A stretch of DNA of 64,000 nucleotides from Thermoplasmata archaeon (GTDB lineage Archaea; Thermoplasmatota; Thermoplasmata; Lutacidiplasmatales; UBA184). The position numbers were made by a program, and so were the translations under genes. Below, in pieces: positions 36,047 through 45,415 of the stretch. The stretch lies in contig JAGWLG010000010.1 in assembly GCA_028864975.1 (NCBI GenBank), positions 1 to 64,000 of the forward strand, written 5' to 3'. The notes under the pieces are model-generated. The model saw only the letters and a program-made list of their open reading frames with translations. It had not been told where the DNA came from and made no database searches. Numbering within the stretch: position 1 is the stretch's first letter; each line of letters starts with the position of its first letter.

Positions 36047-36173
36047 GACCCGGGACCTCCTCGAGCACCGTCCGGCAAGTGGGACCGACCCGCCAACCGT
36101 CCCGTCCGAACCGGTGAGGCCGAGGGTGAAAGGGTCTTGACCCTAGCACCGTCCCCGGCCTCGGGTGCTGCCG

Positions 36174-36566
36174 ATGCTCGCGAAGTCCCAACTGGTGACC
36201 TTGGTGCCGATCAGGAACATGGACCGCGCGGTCAAGTTCTACACGAAGACCTTGGGGGGGAAGCTCCTCATGCGCGCCACCGGGGAGATGAGGGACGGAT
36301 GGGCCTCGGTGAAGGTCGGGGGCGACGAGCTCTGGCTCATTGTCCCCTCGAAGAGGGAGCGTCGGAGCGCGGCGTACTCGACCTTCGTCGTGAAGGACAT
36401 TCGCAAGGTTGTCAAGGGACTTCTTCGACGGCGCGTCAAGTTCGACGCCGCGGAGCGGATGCCCGGCTCGAAGGCCGAGGGCCCGATCGCGGTCGCCCCT
36501 TGGGGCTCGTCCGCTTTCTTCCATGACACCGAAGGCAACCTCTTGATGCTCTGGCAGAACGCTTGA
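36174..36566 (+). CDS. VOC/glyoxalase-family protein
   Basis: VPIRNMDRAVKFYTKTLG and WGSSAFFHDTEGNLLML. Confidence 0.88.
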   Translation: MLAKSQLVTLVPIRNMDRAVKFYTKTLGGKLLMRATGEMRDGWASVKVGGDELWLIVPSKRERRSAAYSTFVVKDIRKVVKGLLRRRVKFDAAERMPGSKAEGPIAVAPWGSSAFFHDTEGNLLMLWQNA

Positions 36567-36603
36567 GCCGGGGGCACGGGAATCCCGGGGGCTGGGAACC
36601 GAC

Positions 36604-37089
36604 ATGCCGAGATCCCCTCCCGCCGCACGTGGGGTACGGCACGGAGCCGTTCTCCCTCGGCGGAGGCCCGCGAGCCCTCGCATCGGGGGCGGGCGAGCGA
36701 GAAAGGGGCGGGGCCCAACACGCGAGAGCGTCTCGGACGCTGGGACCAAGGCGGTGGACGCCTACCTCCGAGGGGTGGCCCCGAAGTGGCGGGGGCTGCT
36801 CACGGAGATGCGAAGGACGATCCGCGAGGCGGCGCCCGAGGCCCGCGAGGGGATCTCGTACCGGATCCCCACGTTCTTCCACCATGGGAACCTGGTCCAC
36901 TTCGCGGCCTTCGAGGGCCATGCGAGCTTCTTCCCCGGGAGCGGAAGGGCGCGCGAGAAGTTCCCCCGGGAACTGCGTTCCTTCCCCGGGACGAAGGGCT
37001 CGATCCACCTCACGCCGGAGCATCCCTTGCCCTCTGCGCTCGTGAAGCGGATCGTCCGCTGGCGCGTGCGGGAGAACGAGGGGCGATAG
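36604..37089 (+). CDS. DUF1801 (YdhG-like) protein
   Basis: VDAYL..LLTEMRRTIREAAPEAREGISYRIPTF and LPSALVKRIVRWR. Start uncertain. Confidence 0.8.
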   Translation: MPRSPPAARGVRHGAVLPRRRPASPRIGGGRARKGRGPTRESVSDAGTKAVDAYLRGVAPKWRGLLTEMRRTIREAAPEAREGISYRIPTFFHHGNLVHFAAFEGHASFFPGSGRAREKFPRELRSFPGTKGSIHLTPEHPLPSALVKRIVRWRVRENEGR

Positions 37090-37158
37090 CGGTCGGAAGG
37101 GGCGTGCGTGCCCTCTCCGCATCGCTTTGATAATCTTGCACGCTCCCGCCAGCCCGCC

Positions 37159-38394
37159 ATGGCCGCCCTGGTGCCCCGTTCTGACTTCCCGGCGCTCCAG
37201 CCTTCTCGAGGGAAGAGCGAGGTGCCGGCCTACCTCGACAGCGCTTGCATGTCCCTCGTCCCGTCGACCGTCCTCGACGCGCTCCGCGCGTACTACACCG
37301 AGTACCCGGGGTGTGGGGGACGGTCCGTCCATCGGTGGGCGGAAGAGGTTACGCGCAGGTACGAGGACGCTCGGGAGACTTTCGCTCGGTTCCTCGGGGC
37401 CCCTGACCCCGCTCATCTCGTCCATGTCCGCAACACCACCGAAGGGATCAACGTCGTCGCACGCGGATTCCCGTTCCAGAGGGGCGACCGGGTCCTGGTC
37501 TCCGATCAGGAGCACAACTCGAACCTTGTCGTGTGGCAGTACTTGGTGAAGGAGAAGGGGATCCGCCTGGAGGTCCTCCCTCTTCCCGACGACCGCCCCT
37601 TCGACCCCGAGGCTCTCGAGCGGGCGCTCGCGAAGAAGGTCCGGCTCGTGAGCTTCTTCCACAGCTCGAACCTCGACGGACGTACCCTCCCCGCCAAGGA
37701 GATCGTCCAGCGGGCCCACGATCACGGAGCTCAGGTCCTCTTCGACGGCTCGCAGGCCGCCCCCCACGAACTCATCGACCTCAAGTCGCTCGGGGCCGAC
37801 TTCTACGCGCTCTCCTTCCACAAGATGCTGGGGCCGACGGGGACCGGCCTCCTCTACGGCGCCCCGGGGGCGCTGGAGCAGCTCTCCCCCCTCCTCCGGG
37901 GCGGGGAGACCGTCGCCTGGTCCGACTACGACGCCCACGAGCTCCTCCCGCCTCCGCATCGTTTCGAGGCCGGTCTCCAGAACTACGCCGGCGTGCTGGG
38001 AGCACGCGCCGCGGTCGACTATCTGGCGAAGGTCGGGATGGAGAACATCCCTCCCCACCACGCGCGGCTGCAGCGCCGCGTCACGAAGGAGCTCGCCGAC
38101 CTCCCCGGGCTTCGCTTGCTCGGCCCGCCTCGCCCTGAGGACCGTGGGAACATCTTCGCCTTCGTCCTCGCGGGCATCAACCCCCATGACGTGGCGCTCT
38201 TCCTGGACGAGGGTCACGGGGTCCTGGTGCGCTCCGGGATGAACTGCGTTCACTCGTGGTATCGCGCCCGGGGGCTCGACGGGAACGCCCGGGCCTCGTT
38301 CTACCTCTACACGGACGAGGGGGACGTCGACCGGTTCATCGCGGGCGTGCGGGAGCTTCGGGAACGCATCCCCGCTCCCATGGTCCCCGCTTGA
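37159..38394 (+). CDS. Cysteine desulfurase, SufS-like (aminotransferase class V)
   Basis: YLDSAC, RNTTEGIN, EHNSN, DGSQA, SFHKMLGPTG and catalytic-Cys motif RSGMNC. TTTGATAAT lies about 25-33 nt upstream of ATG 37159. Confidence 0.88.
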   Translation: MAALVPRSDFPALQPSRGKSEVPAYLDSACMSLVPSTVLDALRAYYTEYPGCGGRSVHRWAEEVTRRYEDARETFARFLGAPDPAHLVHVRNTTEGINVVARGFPFQRGDRVLVSDQEHNSNLVVWQYLVKEKGIRLEVLPLPDDRPFDPEALERALAKKVRLVSFFHSSNLDGRTLPAKEIVQRAHDHGAQVLFDGSQAAPHELIDLKSLGADFYALSFHKMLGPTGTGLLYGAPGALEQLSPLLRGGETVAWSDYDAHELLPPPHRFEAGLQNYAGVLGARAAVDYLAKVGMENIPPHHARLQRRVTKELADLPGLRLLGPPRPEDRGNIFAFVLAGINPHDVALFLDEGHGVLVRSGMNCVHSWYRARGLDGNARASFYLYTDEGDVDRFIAGVRELRERIPAPMVPA

Positions 38395-38518
38395 GGGGCA
38401 CCCAAGAACGTCGTACCTCAGCGTCGCTCCCGCGCTTCGATGCGAACGACCCATCTCGCGGCGGTCGGTGGGGTCGAGCCTTACCAGCGCCGAGCGGGAC
38501 GGGGTCGCTCGGGACGGC

Positions 38519-39064
38519 CTATCCCCGTCGAACGGCCCCGTCCTGGCCAGAGGTGTGAGGCTTCGGGCGGGCCAGATGGCTTGGAACGAGCAGGACCGGG
38601 ACATGGACCTTGGGGACGACCTTCGCCGAAACTTCCTCGACCAGCCAGTTGACCAGCGCACCGTGCTGGGTGGTCCCCAGGACCACAAGGTCCGCCTTGA
38701 GCTCCGAGCACTTCGCCGCGAGACGCTCTGCCGGATGACCCAGCTCAACGAGCAGCGTCGCCCGGACGCCGACTTCCGCACCTTCGGCGACGAGCGGCTG
38801 GAAGCGCTCCAGATTGACCCTGACCATCGAGGCGCGCTCGCTCTCGTTCATCCGCGCGACGGCGTCGTGGAGAAGGTCGATCAAGTGCAGGACCCACAGG
38901 TCGCTGCCATGTTGCTGCGCGATCTCCAGCGCGACGTGCCAGGCGGGTCCGGACCGGTCGTCCCCCTCGTATCCCACGAGGATGCGTCTCGGCGGTACCG
39001 AGTAGGTATGCGGCGCGGTGGGCGACGGGACGGACGGGTCGGCGGACGGTTCCTTCGGGACCAT
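38519..39064 (-). CDS. Universal stress protein (UspA family)
   Basis: RILVGYEG, GHPAERL..ADLVVLGT..VPVLLVP. Confidence 0.88.
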   Translation of the reverse strand: MVPKEPSADPSVPSPTAPHTYSVPPRRILVGYEGDDRSGPAWHVALEIAQQHGSDLWVLHLIDLLHDAVARMNESERASMVRVNLERFQPLVAEGAEVGVRATLLVELGHPAERLAAKCSELKADLVVLGTTQHGALVNWLVEEVSAKVVPKVHVPVLLVPSHLARPKPHTSGQDGAVRRG

Positions 39065-39155
39065 GGCTCACCTTACCGCTCCCCCGTCCGATGGTGGCCG
39101 CCGCAGATGAACGTGTCGTCCACCCTTCTCCTGCGCTCCCCGAGGTCGGCACCGC

Positions 39156-40433
39156 TCATCCGCCCAGGGCTCCTTCGGAGCCTGTCGAGGCCCCCTCCGA
39201 TGTCACCTCGTGCCGAAAGGTTCGCGCGACGTAGCGGTCAGCGACGATGTTGCCGGTCACGATCGAAAGGAGTGCGACCCCGAGGACCCCCGCCACCACC
39301 ACATGGACCGTCGACGTGGGAAGTCCGGTCGAGGTGTGGAGCAGCCCTAACGCTAGGACCACCGGGAGGGCCCCGCGGATGCCCGAGAGCGTCAGGACAT
39401 GGTACCACTCCCTCGGGAGGCGGTGGTCCCGTCCGCTAGAGAGGGTCGCGAAGGGGATGTGAGCGTAGACCGAGAGGGCCCGTCCCACGAAAAGCAGCGC
39501 GAAGGTCAGGAGGATGAGCGGAAGGAAACCCTCCAAGCTGGAGACCGCGAAGAGGAGACCCATGGCGAGGAAGATGACCGAGTTGTCGATGTAGACCACC
39601 ACGTTCCAGAAGACCACCACGGATTGCCGGACCTCGGGGTCCATGGCCCTCGGGGCCACGAAGGTCCCCACGGCGATTCCCGCCAGCGCGGTCGAGACGA
39701 TGCCCGAGGCCCCTACCGAGGACGCGATGAGGTACGAGCCATAGGCGGCCACGACGGTGAGGGCCGTCTCCACGGCGGGGTCGTGCAGTTCGCGGTGCAG
39801 CACGTAGACCCCTCCCGCAACGAGGAGGCCGATCGCGGCCCCGCCTCCGATGAGCCAGAAGAACTGCTCCACCGCCGGTAGGAGTTCGACCCGGCCGGTC
39901 GCCACCACCGTGAGCACGAGCGTGAAGAGGATGACCCCGACCGCGTCGTTCAGTAGGGACTCGCTCTCGACGATGGTCGAGAGCTCTTGGGGGACCCGGA
40001 TCCGCTTGAAGAGGTCCACGATGCCGATCGGGTCCGTTGGGGAGAGGATGGAGGCGAGGAGGAGCGCGGCCCCCAAGGGAAGAAGCCCCACGAGCACGAG
40101 CGCCTCCCCCGTGAAGATCGCGGTCAGGACCACTCCGACAAAGACGAGAAAGAGCACGGTCGCCGCCCTGGAACGAAGCGCTCGGAAGTTCACATGGATG
40201 GCCGCCTCAAAGACGATAGGGGGCAGCAACAGGTCGAAGAAGACCGAAGGCGTGAAGATGGAGGCCACCCCGGCGAGCGTCGGGCCGAGCCAGGACGTTT
40301 CGGAGAGGAGCCCCAGCAGGATCCCGAGCGCGACGAGCGCGATGGTCAGCGGGACCTTGACCCACTTGCTGGCCGCCACCACGGCCACCGCGAGGACGAG
40401 AAGGAGGAGGAAGGGAAGCAGCGAGAGGGTCAC
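39156..40433 (-). CDS. CPA1-family cation:proton antiporter
   Basis: LLLPPIVFEAA, SPTDPIG, ESLLNDAVG and GIRGALPVVLAL, with about 12 TM helices and no long cytoplasmic tail. Confidence 0.92.
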   Translation of the reverse strand: MTLSLLPFLLLLVLAVAVVAASKWVKVPLTIALVALGILLGLLSETSWLGPTLAGVASIFTPSVFFDLLLPPIVFEAAIHVNFRALRSRAATVLFLVFVGVVLTAIFTGEALVLVGLLPLGAALLLASILSPTDPIGIVDLFKRIRVPQELSTIVESESLLNDAVGVILFTLVLTVVATGRVELLPAVEQFFWLIGGGAAIGLLVAGGVYVLHRELHDPAVETALTVVAAYGSYLIASSVGASGIVSTALAGIAVGTFVAPRAMDPEVRQSVVVFWNVVVYIDNSVIFLAMGLLFAVSSLEGFLPLILLTFALLFVGRALSVYAHIPFATLSSGRDHRLPREWYHVLTLSGIRGALPVVLALGLLHTSTGLPTSTVHVVVAGVLGVALLSIVTGNIVADRYVARTFRHEVTSEGASTGSEGALGG

Positions 40434-40524
40434 AGTTCCTCGCTTCGCCGCTGCGGTCTGCGGCGGCGGGAAGCCGCGGCCCTCCGGGCGACGGGGCCTC
40501 GAGGGGCGGCAGTGGGCACGTGCT

Positions 40525-41256
40525 TCAGCGCCCCTGAGGGAGCCCGTACCACTGGGCGAAACGCTTCAGGTTGGCGAGGCTCCCGATCACCAGCACGGCC
40601 GTCCCCACGTCGAAGCGCGTCGACGAGGGGGGGTTGATGACCGTTCGGTATTCCTCCTTACCCGCTGGGCCCGGGCCCCGCACGATCCCAAGGACAAGGC
40701 AGTCGGAAGCCTGGCGAACCCGTCGTTCGGCCTCAAGGAGCGGGAGGCCTGCGATCGGAGCGCCCTCGAGCACACGGTACTCCTGGACGTCGGCCCCGTA
40801 GGCCGCCGTGGTCAGGTCCTCCAGGGTCTGAACGACCTCGGGACGGAAGGCGGCGGAGGCGCACATGCGTCCGCCCATGTCCTTGGTCGAGACGATGAAG
40901 GTGACCCCGGCCGCCTTGAGGGTCTTGCGAAGCTCAGGTCGATGGAGGCTCACGACGACCCGGACCGTCGGATGCACGTTCCGAGTGAAGAGCGCCGCGA
41001 TGAGGTTCACAGTGTCCTCGGAGTGGCAGAGGATCAGGGACGCGGCCTTCCCCACCTCGGCCCGCTCGAGGGTCTCGGGACTGGTCAGGTCGCCCCGAAC
41101 AACGGGCGTCCTCTCAGGGCGGACCGCACCCCGAGCGGCCTCCTCCTCCTTCGCGTTCTCGGCGATGACCACGACCTCCCTGCCGCTCGCGAGCAGTTCG
41201 CGGACCGCCGCGGCGCCAACGGTCGTGAAGCCCCCGACGATGACGTGGCCCTTCAT
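40525..41256 (-). CDS. Stand-alone RCK/TrkA protein (TrkA-N + TrkA-C)
   Basis: HVIVGGFTTVG, VVRGD, DTVNLIAAL, then a TrkA-C segment VLGIVR..INPPSSTRFDVG. No pore domain. Confidence 0.85.
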   Translation of the reverse strand: MKGHVIVGGFTTVGAAAVRELLASGREVVVIAENAKEEEAARGAVRPERTPVVRGDLTSPETLERAEVGKAASLILCHSEDTVNLIAALFTRNVHPTVRVVVSLHRPELRKTLKAAGVTFIVSTKDMGGRMCASAAFRPEVVQTLEDLTTAAYGADVQEYRVLEGAPIAGLPLLEAERRVRQASDCLVLGIVRGPGPAGKEEYRTVINPPSSTRFDVGTAVLVIGSLANLKRFAQWYGLPQGR

Positions 41257-42116
41257 CGCACTTCTCCCGGGGCCCTGCCGTGCTTCCTCGTCCGGGAAAG
41301 AGCGGGCCGGCGGGCCCCAGCCCCCGTTAGCCGCACCCTCACCGGCGGTGGGGTCAGCTGCATCGTGACCTGGGATAGGTCGCCGACCGGGACCACCCGG
41401 GTCCCTCGAGACGGCGCTCCCGGACCCGTGCTCGGAGGTGAAGCGGACCGCCCCTCGCTACGGCCGAGGGCGAAGACCGCCAGCATGCCGGCGGCCTGGG
41501 CGCCGGCCACGTCCTCGGGGGCGTCCCCGACGTGGACCGTTTCCCGGGAGCGGACCCCCATCTCGTCGAGGCACATCTGGAAGATGCGAGGGTCCGGCTT
41601 GCACCAAGGAAGTTCCTCGCTGAGCGACAGGACATCGAAGTGCCGCAGCAGCCGATGCTCGGCGAGAAGCCAGCGAACGCTCTCGGCAGGCTCGGAGAGC
41701 AGGTTCGACACCACTCCCAAGCGGACCCCCTGCGCCTCCAGGCGGGGGAACAATCGGAGGACCTCCCGATCCACATGCACCGGCAGCTTCCTCACCAGGG
41801 GGTCGAGCCTGCGGGCGATGGCCCCGGGTTGGTGGAGGCGTCCTGCGAGCTCGGCCGCGTGACGGCTCTGCTTCTCGATCGACGCCGACCGCCCTCGGGC
41901 GGCGCACGCTTGGGCCTCCTTCCAGGCCGCCTTGACCGCCGCGCGTGGCGGGGTGGGTCGGGCGGCGAGGTCGCCTCGGGCCGCCCACGAGCTCACTTCC
42001 TCTTCCCAGATCTCCAGGCGGCGCCGCTCGTACCGACGAGCTTCGGAGGGCTCGAGCCGGAAGATCGTGCCCCATAGGTCGAAGGTCATGCCGCGGACCT
42101 CGGTGCCCCACAACAT
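41253..42116 (-). CDS. HAD-superfamily hydrolase
   Basis: Motif I FDLWGT, motif II VVSN, KPDPRIF and HVGDAPEDVAGAQAAGM. ATGA overlap with the RCK gene. Start at ATG 42116 inferred. Confidence 0.88.
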   Translation of the reverse strand: MLWGTEVRGMTFDLWGTIFRLEPSEARRYERRRLEIWEEEVSSWAARGDLAARPTPPRAAVKAAWKEAQACAARGRSASIEKQSRHAAELAGRLHQPGAIARRLDPLVRKLPVHVDREVLRLFPRLEAQGVRLGVVSNLLSEPAESVRWLLAEHRLLRHFDVLSLSEELPWCKPDPRIFQMCLDEMGVRSRETVHVGDAPEDVAGAQAAGMLAVFALGRSEGRSASPPSTGPGAPSRGTRVVPVGDLSQVTMQLTPPPVRVRLTGAGARRPALSRTRKHGRAPGEVR

Positions 42117-42148
42117 GCGTCGTCCCGCGGGATGGGCAGCCCCTCGCG

Positions 42149-42265
42149 CTAGAGCCCCCTGTAGAGAAGGTACAGGACGACCAGCAGGGAAAGGGCCACG
42201 GCGGCCACCAGGAACACGAGCAGGCGCTGCCGGGTCCTCTTCGTGCCGTGGAAGCGTCTCGCCAT
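42149..42265 (-). CDS. 38-aa single-TM small protein
   Basis: MARRFHGTKRTRQR followed by a 20-aa hydrophobic helix. A G-rich Shine-Dalgarno precedes ATG 42265. It fills the gap between mscS and the HAD gene. Confidence 0.55.
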   Translation of the reverse strand: MARRFHGTKRTRQRLLVFLVAAVALSLLVVLYLLYRGL

Positions 42266-42347
42266 CTGCTCCCCCCACCACGCCTGGAACGTCCCCGAGG
42301 CGGGGCCGAAGGGAGAGGTAGGCCCGGCGAGGAGGAGTTCCCCGGCG

Positions 42348-43124
42348 CTAGCTCGCAATCGACCACCTCCGTCGGGGGCGTCGTAGCGCTTCCAGGACGA
42401 GGGAGACCCGTCGGTTCGCCTCCGTGGCGACCGGCTCACGGTCCTGAGGTCTGCGGACGAAGAGGACCAGCGAGAGCTCCGCCACCCCCGGGGTCCTCGC
42501 ACGGTTGGTCAGGATCGGTGGGAACCTGGGGTCGAGACGAGGGCGGAGCCGGCTCAGGCTCTTGCGCACCTCGCTCTCGAAGGAGGGGAGGTCCACGTTG
42601 TTGTCGAGCGTGACAGGGATGACCACCTCGCGCCAGGCGTTGGGGGTGAGGTTGAGCACCACCTCGCGGACGAAGGTGGAGTTCGGGACGGAGACCAGGT
42701 GGTCGTCCTCGGAAAGGAGCACGGTGCTGATCGGATTGATCTCGATGACCTTGCCGGCGTGGTTGCCCACCTGGACCGTGTCCCCGGCCTTGAACGGCAC
42801 GTAGACATCCGAGAAGTACTTCGCCCCCAGGTTCTCGAGCGGCACGCGGAAGGCGACCACCAGGGCGACCCCTGCGATGGCCACGACGAGAAGCAGGATG
42901 TCCGTCGCGACCCCGAGGGTCTGGACGGCGATCACGATGCCCACGACCCAGATGAGCGCGGAGGAAAGGCGGACGGCGGTCGCCGCCACGTGAGGCACGC
43001 TCTCCTGCATCGCCGCACGGAGGATCCCGCCCACGCCCCGCGCAACGAGCCAGGTGACCACGAGCACGATCCCCGCGAGGGCGACCGGCTCGACCGGTCC
43101 CAGCTGGTCCAGATAGGGGAGCAT
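42348..43124 (-). CDS. Small-conductance mechanosensitive channel (MscS family)
   Basis: Three TM helices, PFKAGDTVQVG..GKVIEI..STVL..VSVPNS, and a C-terminal alpha/beta domain. Confidence 0.9.
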   Translation of the reverse strand: MLPYLDQLGPVEPVALAGIVLVVTWLVARGVGGILRAAMQESVPHVAATAVRLSSALIWVVGIVIAVQTLGVATDILLLVVAIAGVALVVAFRVPLENLGAKYFSDVYVPFKAGDTVQVGNHAGKVIEINPISTVLLSEDDHLVSVPNSTFVREVVLNLTPNAWREVVIPVTLDNNVDLPSFESEVRKSLSRLRPRLDPRFPPILTNRARTPGVAELSLVLFVRRPQDREPVATEANRRVSLVLEALRRPRRRWSIAS

Positions 43125-44504
43125 CTACGCCTCCGCGAGCTCTTCCATGAGCTTGGATTCCTCGATGGCCGCGTTGTCCAGCGAGCAGAGCGAGGAGGTC
43201 CGGTACCCCTCGTCTCCCATCATGGAACGGAGCTCGGGGTCGTTGAGGAGGGTCTCTATCTGGGCGGCGAGGGTGACTTCGTCCGCCGGGTCGAAGGTGA
43301 GGCCGTTGCGGCCCGAACGGATGATCTCGGTGATCCCGGCCTCCCGGGAAACGAGCGTCGGGCGACGATGTAACCAGCTTTCGACGACGACCAGCCCGAA
43401 GCCCTCCTTCGAGGAAGGTAGGACTGTGAAGAGGCTGCGCTCGTAGAGCGCGTCCAGGGTCTCCTGGGTGACGTGGCCGGTGAACAGGACGCGTGCGTCG
43501 AGGCCAAGCCGATGGACCAGCAACTCGAGCTCGGAGCGCCACTGGGCGGACTTTGACAGCGCAAGCCCTCCCTTTGCCCCCGAGAAGCTGCCGTTCCCGA
43601 CCAGTACCAGCTTGAGACGAGGGAACTTCCGGGCAATCCGCGCGAAAGCGCGGATCGCGCGGTCCTGACCCTTCGCGGGGTCCATCCTGGCGACCAACAG
43701 CCCCACCTCGTCCTCGGGCCGAAGACCCAAGGCCGCACAGCGAGAGGCGATCTCCGGGGGCGAGGGATACCCATACTCCTTGGGGTCCACGTAGGGGTAG
43801 AGCCTTCGCGTGTCCCCCTGATACCCGAAGTCCCGGAGGGCCGAGCGGTAGCGGTCCGTGCTGACGACGACCGTGTCGTAGTGGGAGAGGTACTCCTCGA
43901 ACGTGGCCCCCCACTCGGGGGGGACCGTCGTGGGACCGAACGGGATGTGCCAGCGGAAGAGCTTCGGTTTCAGCCCGCCCAGCATCGCACCCACCTGGAG
44001 CTGCTGGAAGTCGTGGATGTAGAACAGGTGGAAATCGTACTTGCGATCGAGCCGACGTAAGAGCTCGGCGGTCGAGCGATTGTAATAGGCGTACTCGGAG
44101 AAGTCGTCCGTCCAGAGGAGGTCCGAGGGGCGCCCCGGGGTCCTGAGCCCGTGGGCGAGGCGCCAGATCGCCTCCTTGACCACTCCGTACCCCAGCATGC
44201 GGGCGCGTCCAATCGAGACGTTGTGGAGCGCGAGGTCGTGGTAGCGCATCTTGGGAGGGGCGTTGGGGTTCAACGCCACCCAGTGCGCTTTCCCCAGGGT
44301 TCCTCGCGACCGGAGCCGTTCGACCAGGGGGAGCACCATCCGGGTCACTCCCCCCGGCGAGAGCCGGTAGTCCTGGCCTTCCTTGAGCCGGTCGAGGTCG
44401 AGCTCCTTCGCGACCCGTCGCTGCCGTGAAGTGGCGGGCCAAGGGGACAACAGCTGGACAAGAGGGGTCTGCGTGTTGATGCAGATGCTCAGAGGTTCCT
44501 CCAT
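43125..44504 (-). CDS. GT4 glycosyltransferase, TreT-like motifs
   Basis: GGVTRMV, IHDFQ, FRWHIP, ARMDPAKG and EGFGLVVVES. Start at ATG 44504. Its stop directly abuts the mscS ATG. Confidence 0.88.
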   Translation of the reverse strand: MEEPLSICINTQTPLVQLLSPWPATSRQRRVAKELDLDRLKEGQDYRLSPGGVTRMVLPLVERLRSRGTLGKAHWVALNPNAPPKMRYHDLALHNVSIGRARMLGYGVVKEAIWRLAHGLRTPGRPSDLLWTDDFSEYAYYNRSTAELLRRLDRKYDFHLFYIHDFQQLQVGAMLGGLKPKLFRWHIPFGPTTVPPEWGATFEEYLSHYDTVVVSTDRYRSALRDFGYQGDTRRLYPYVDPKEYGYPSPPEIASRCAALGLRPEDEVGLLVARMDPAKGQDRAIRAFARIARKFPRLKLVLVGNGSFSGAKGGLALSKSAQWRSELELLVHRLGLDARVLFTGHVTQETLDALYERSLFTVLPSSKEGFGLVVVESWLHRRPTLVSREAGITEIIRSGRNGLTFDPADEVTLAAQIETLLNDPELRSMMGDEGYRTSSLCSLDNAAIEESKLMEELAEA

Positions 44505-44697
44505 CTTCGTCGGCTCTCCCGCGTCCAGAACGGCCGCTCCACCTCCCGTTCGACCTCTCCGCCGCGGGCCCTCTCCTCGAGGCGGGGAACCCCCCGGAGC
44601 TCCGGAGGGGGAGCCGTAGTTGGAACCTGAAAGAAGAGCGAGAAGATGGTTTCTTACCCCAACATGTTGGATTTCTACATCGAGAGCGACATCCGCC

Positions 44698-45114
44698 CTA
44701 GAGCATCCCCCACGTCGCATTGAACCACACGGGCACGGGACCGTAGCCGCCGCTCTGGTAGCCCGCCCAGCACTCGTACATTCCACCGTTGGACCAGAAG
44801 GAGTAGGAGTCCCCGTCCGTCATGCGGGCGTGGTTGTACATCATGCCGCCCCCGGGTCCGTTCATGGAGTACATCATCGGTTCCGCTCCGTGGTAGGAGG
44901 CGTGCATCGTCGCGTAGACCGAGGATGGCAGGGCCATGCTCGCCGTGGAGCCTCCCGCCGTGGAGACGAGGACCTTCTGCGAAGCCGAGTTCACCGGCAG
45001 ATAGATCGCGGCCAGGACCGCAGCGAGGGCGGCAACGACCACGACAACAGCCACAAGGATCGCAACGCGCTTCCTTCCCTTCCGGACCGGGGCCCCCGGT
45101 GGTAGTGTCGACAT
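44698..45114 (-). CDS. Membrane-anchored Met/Tyr/Gly-rich small protein
   Basis: Basic N-terminus, TM helix and an exported domain with many Met residues. Confidence 0.7.
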   Translation of the reverse strand: MSTLPPGAPVRKGRKRVAILVAVVVVVAALAAVLAAIYLPVNSASQKVLVSTAGGSTASMALPSSVYATMHASYHGAEPMMYSMNGPGGGMMYNHARMTDGDSYSFWSNGGMYECWAGYQSGGYGPVPVWFNATWGML

Positions 45115-45415
45115 GCCCGAGAAATGAGAAGGCGAGAGAAAGACGACTTCGTCAAATCGGGGCCGCTGAGCGGACGCGGTCGTGTCGCGAGGCAGTCCCC
45201 GCCGCGAGGGAGGCCAGAGGACGTTCGGCTCGGGGTGGCCGTGGTCGCGGGAGGGTGCCCCAGCGCCCCGGGTCCCTCTCCTGGACAGGGTCGCCTAGGA
45301 CGGCCGCTTCACTCACCGTGAGTGACCTCCCCACGTGCCTACTCCTTATCCGAACAACCCCCGATGCCTCATCAGGGACGCCCCAAGCGTCAGTCGATCC
45401 CGGGGGAGGTGCTGC

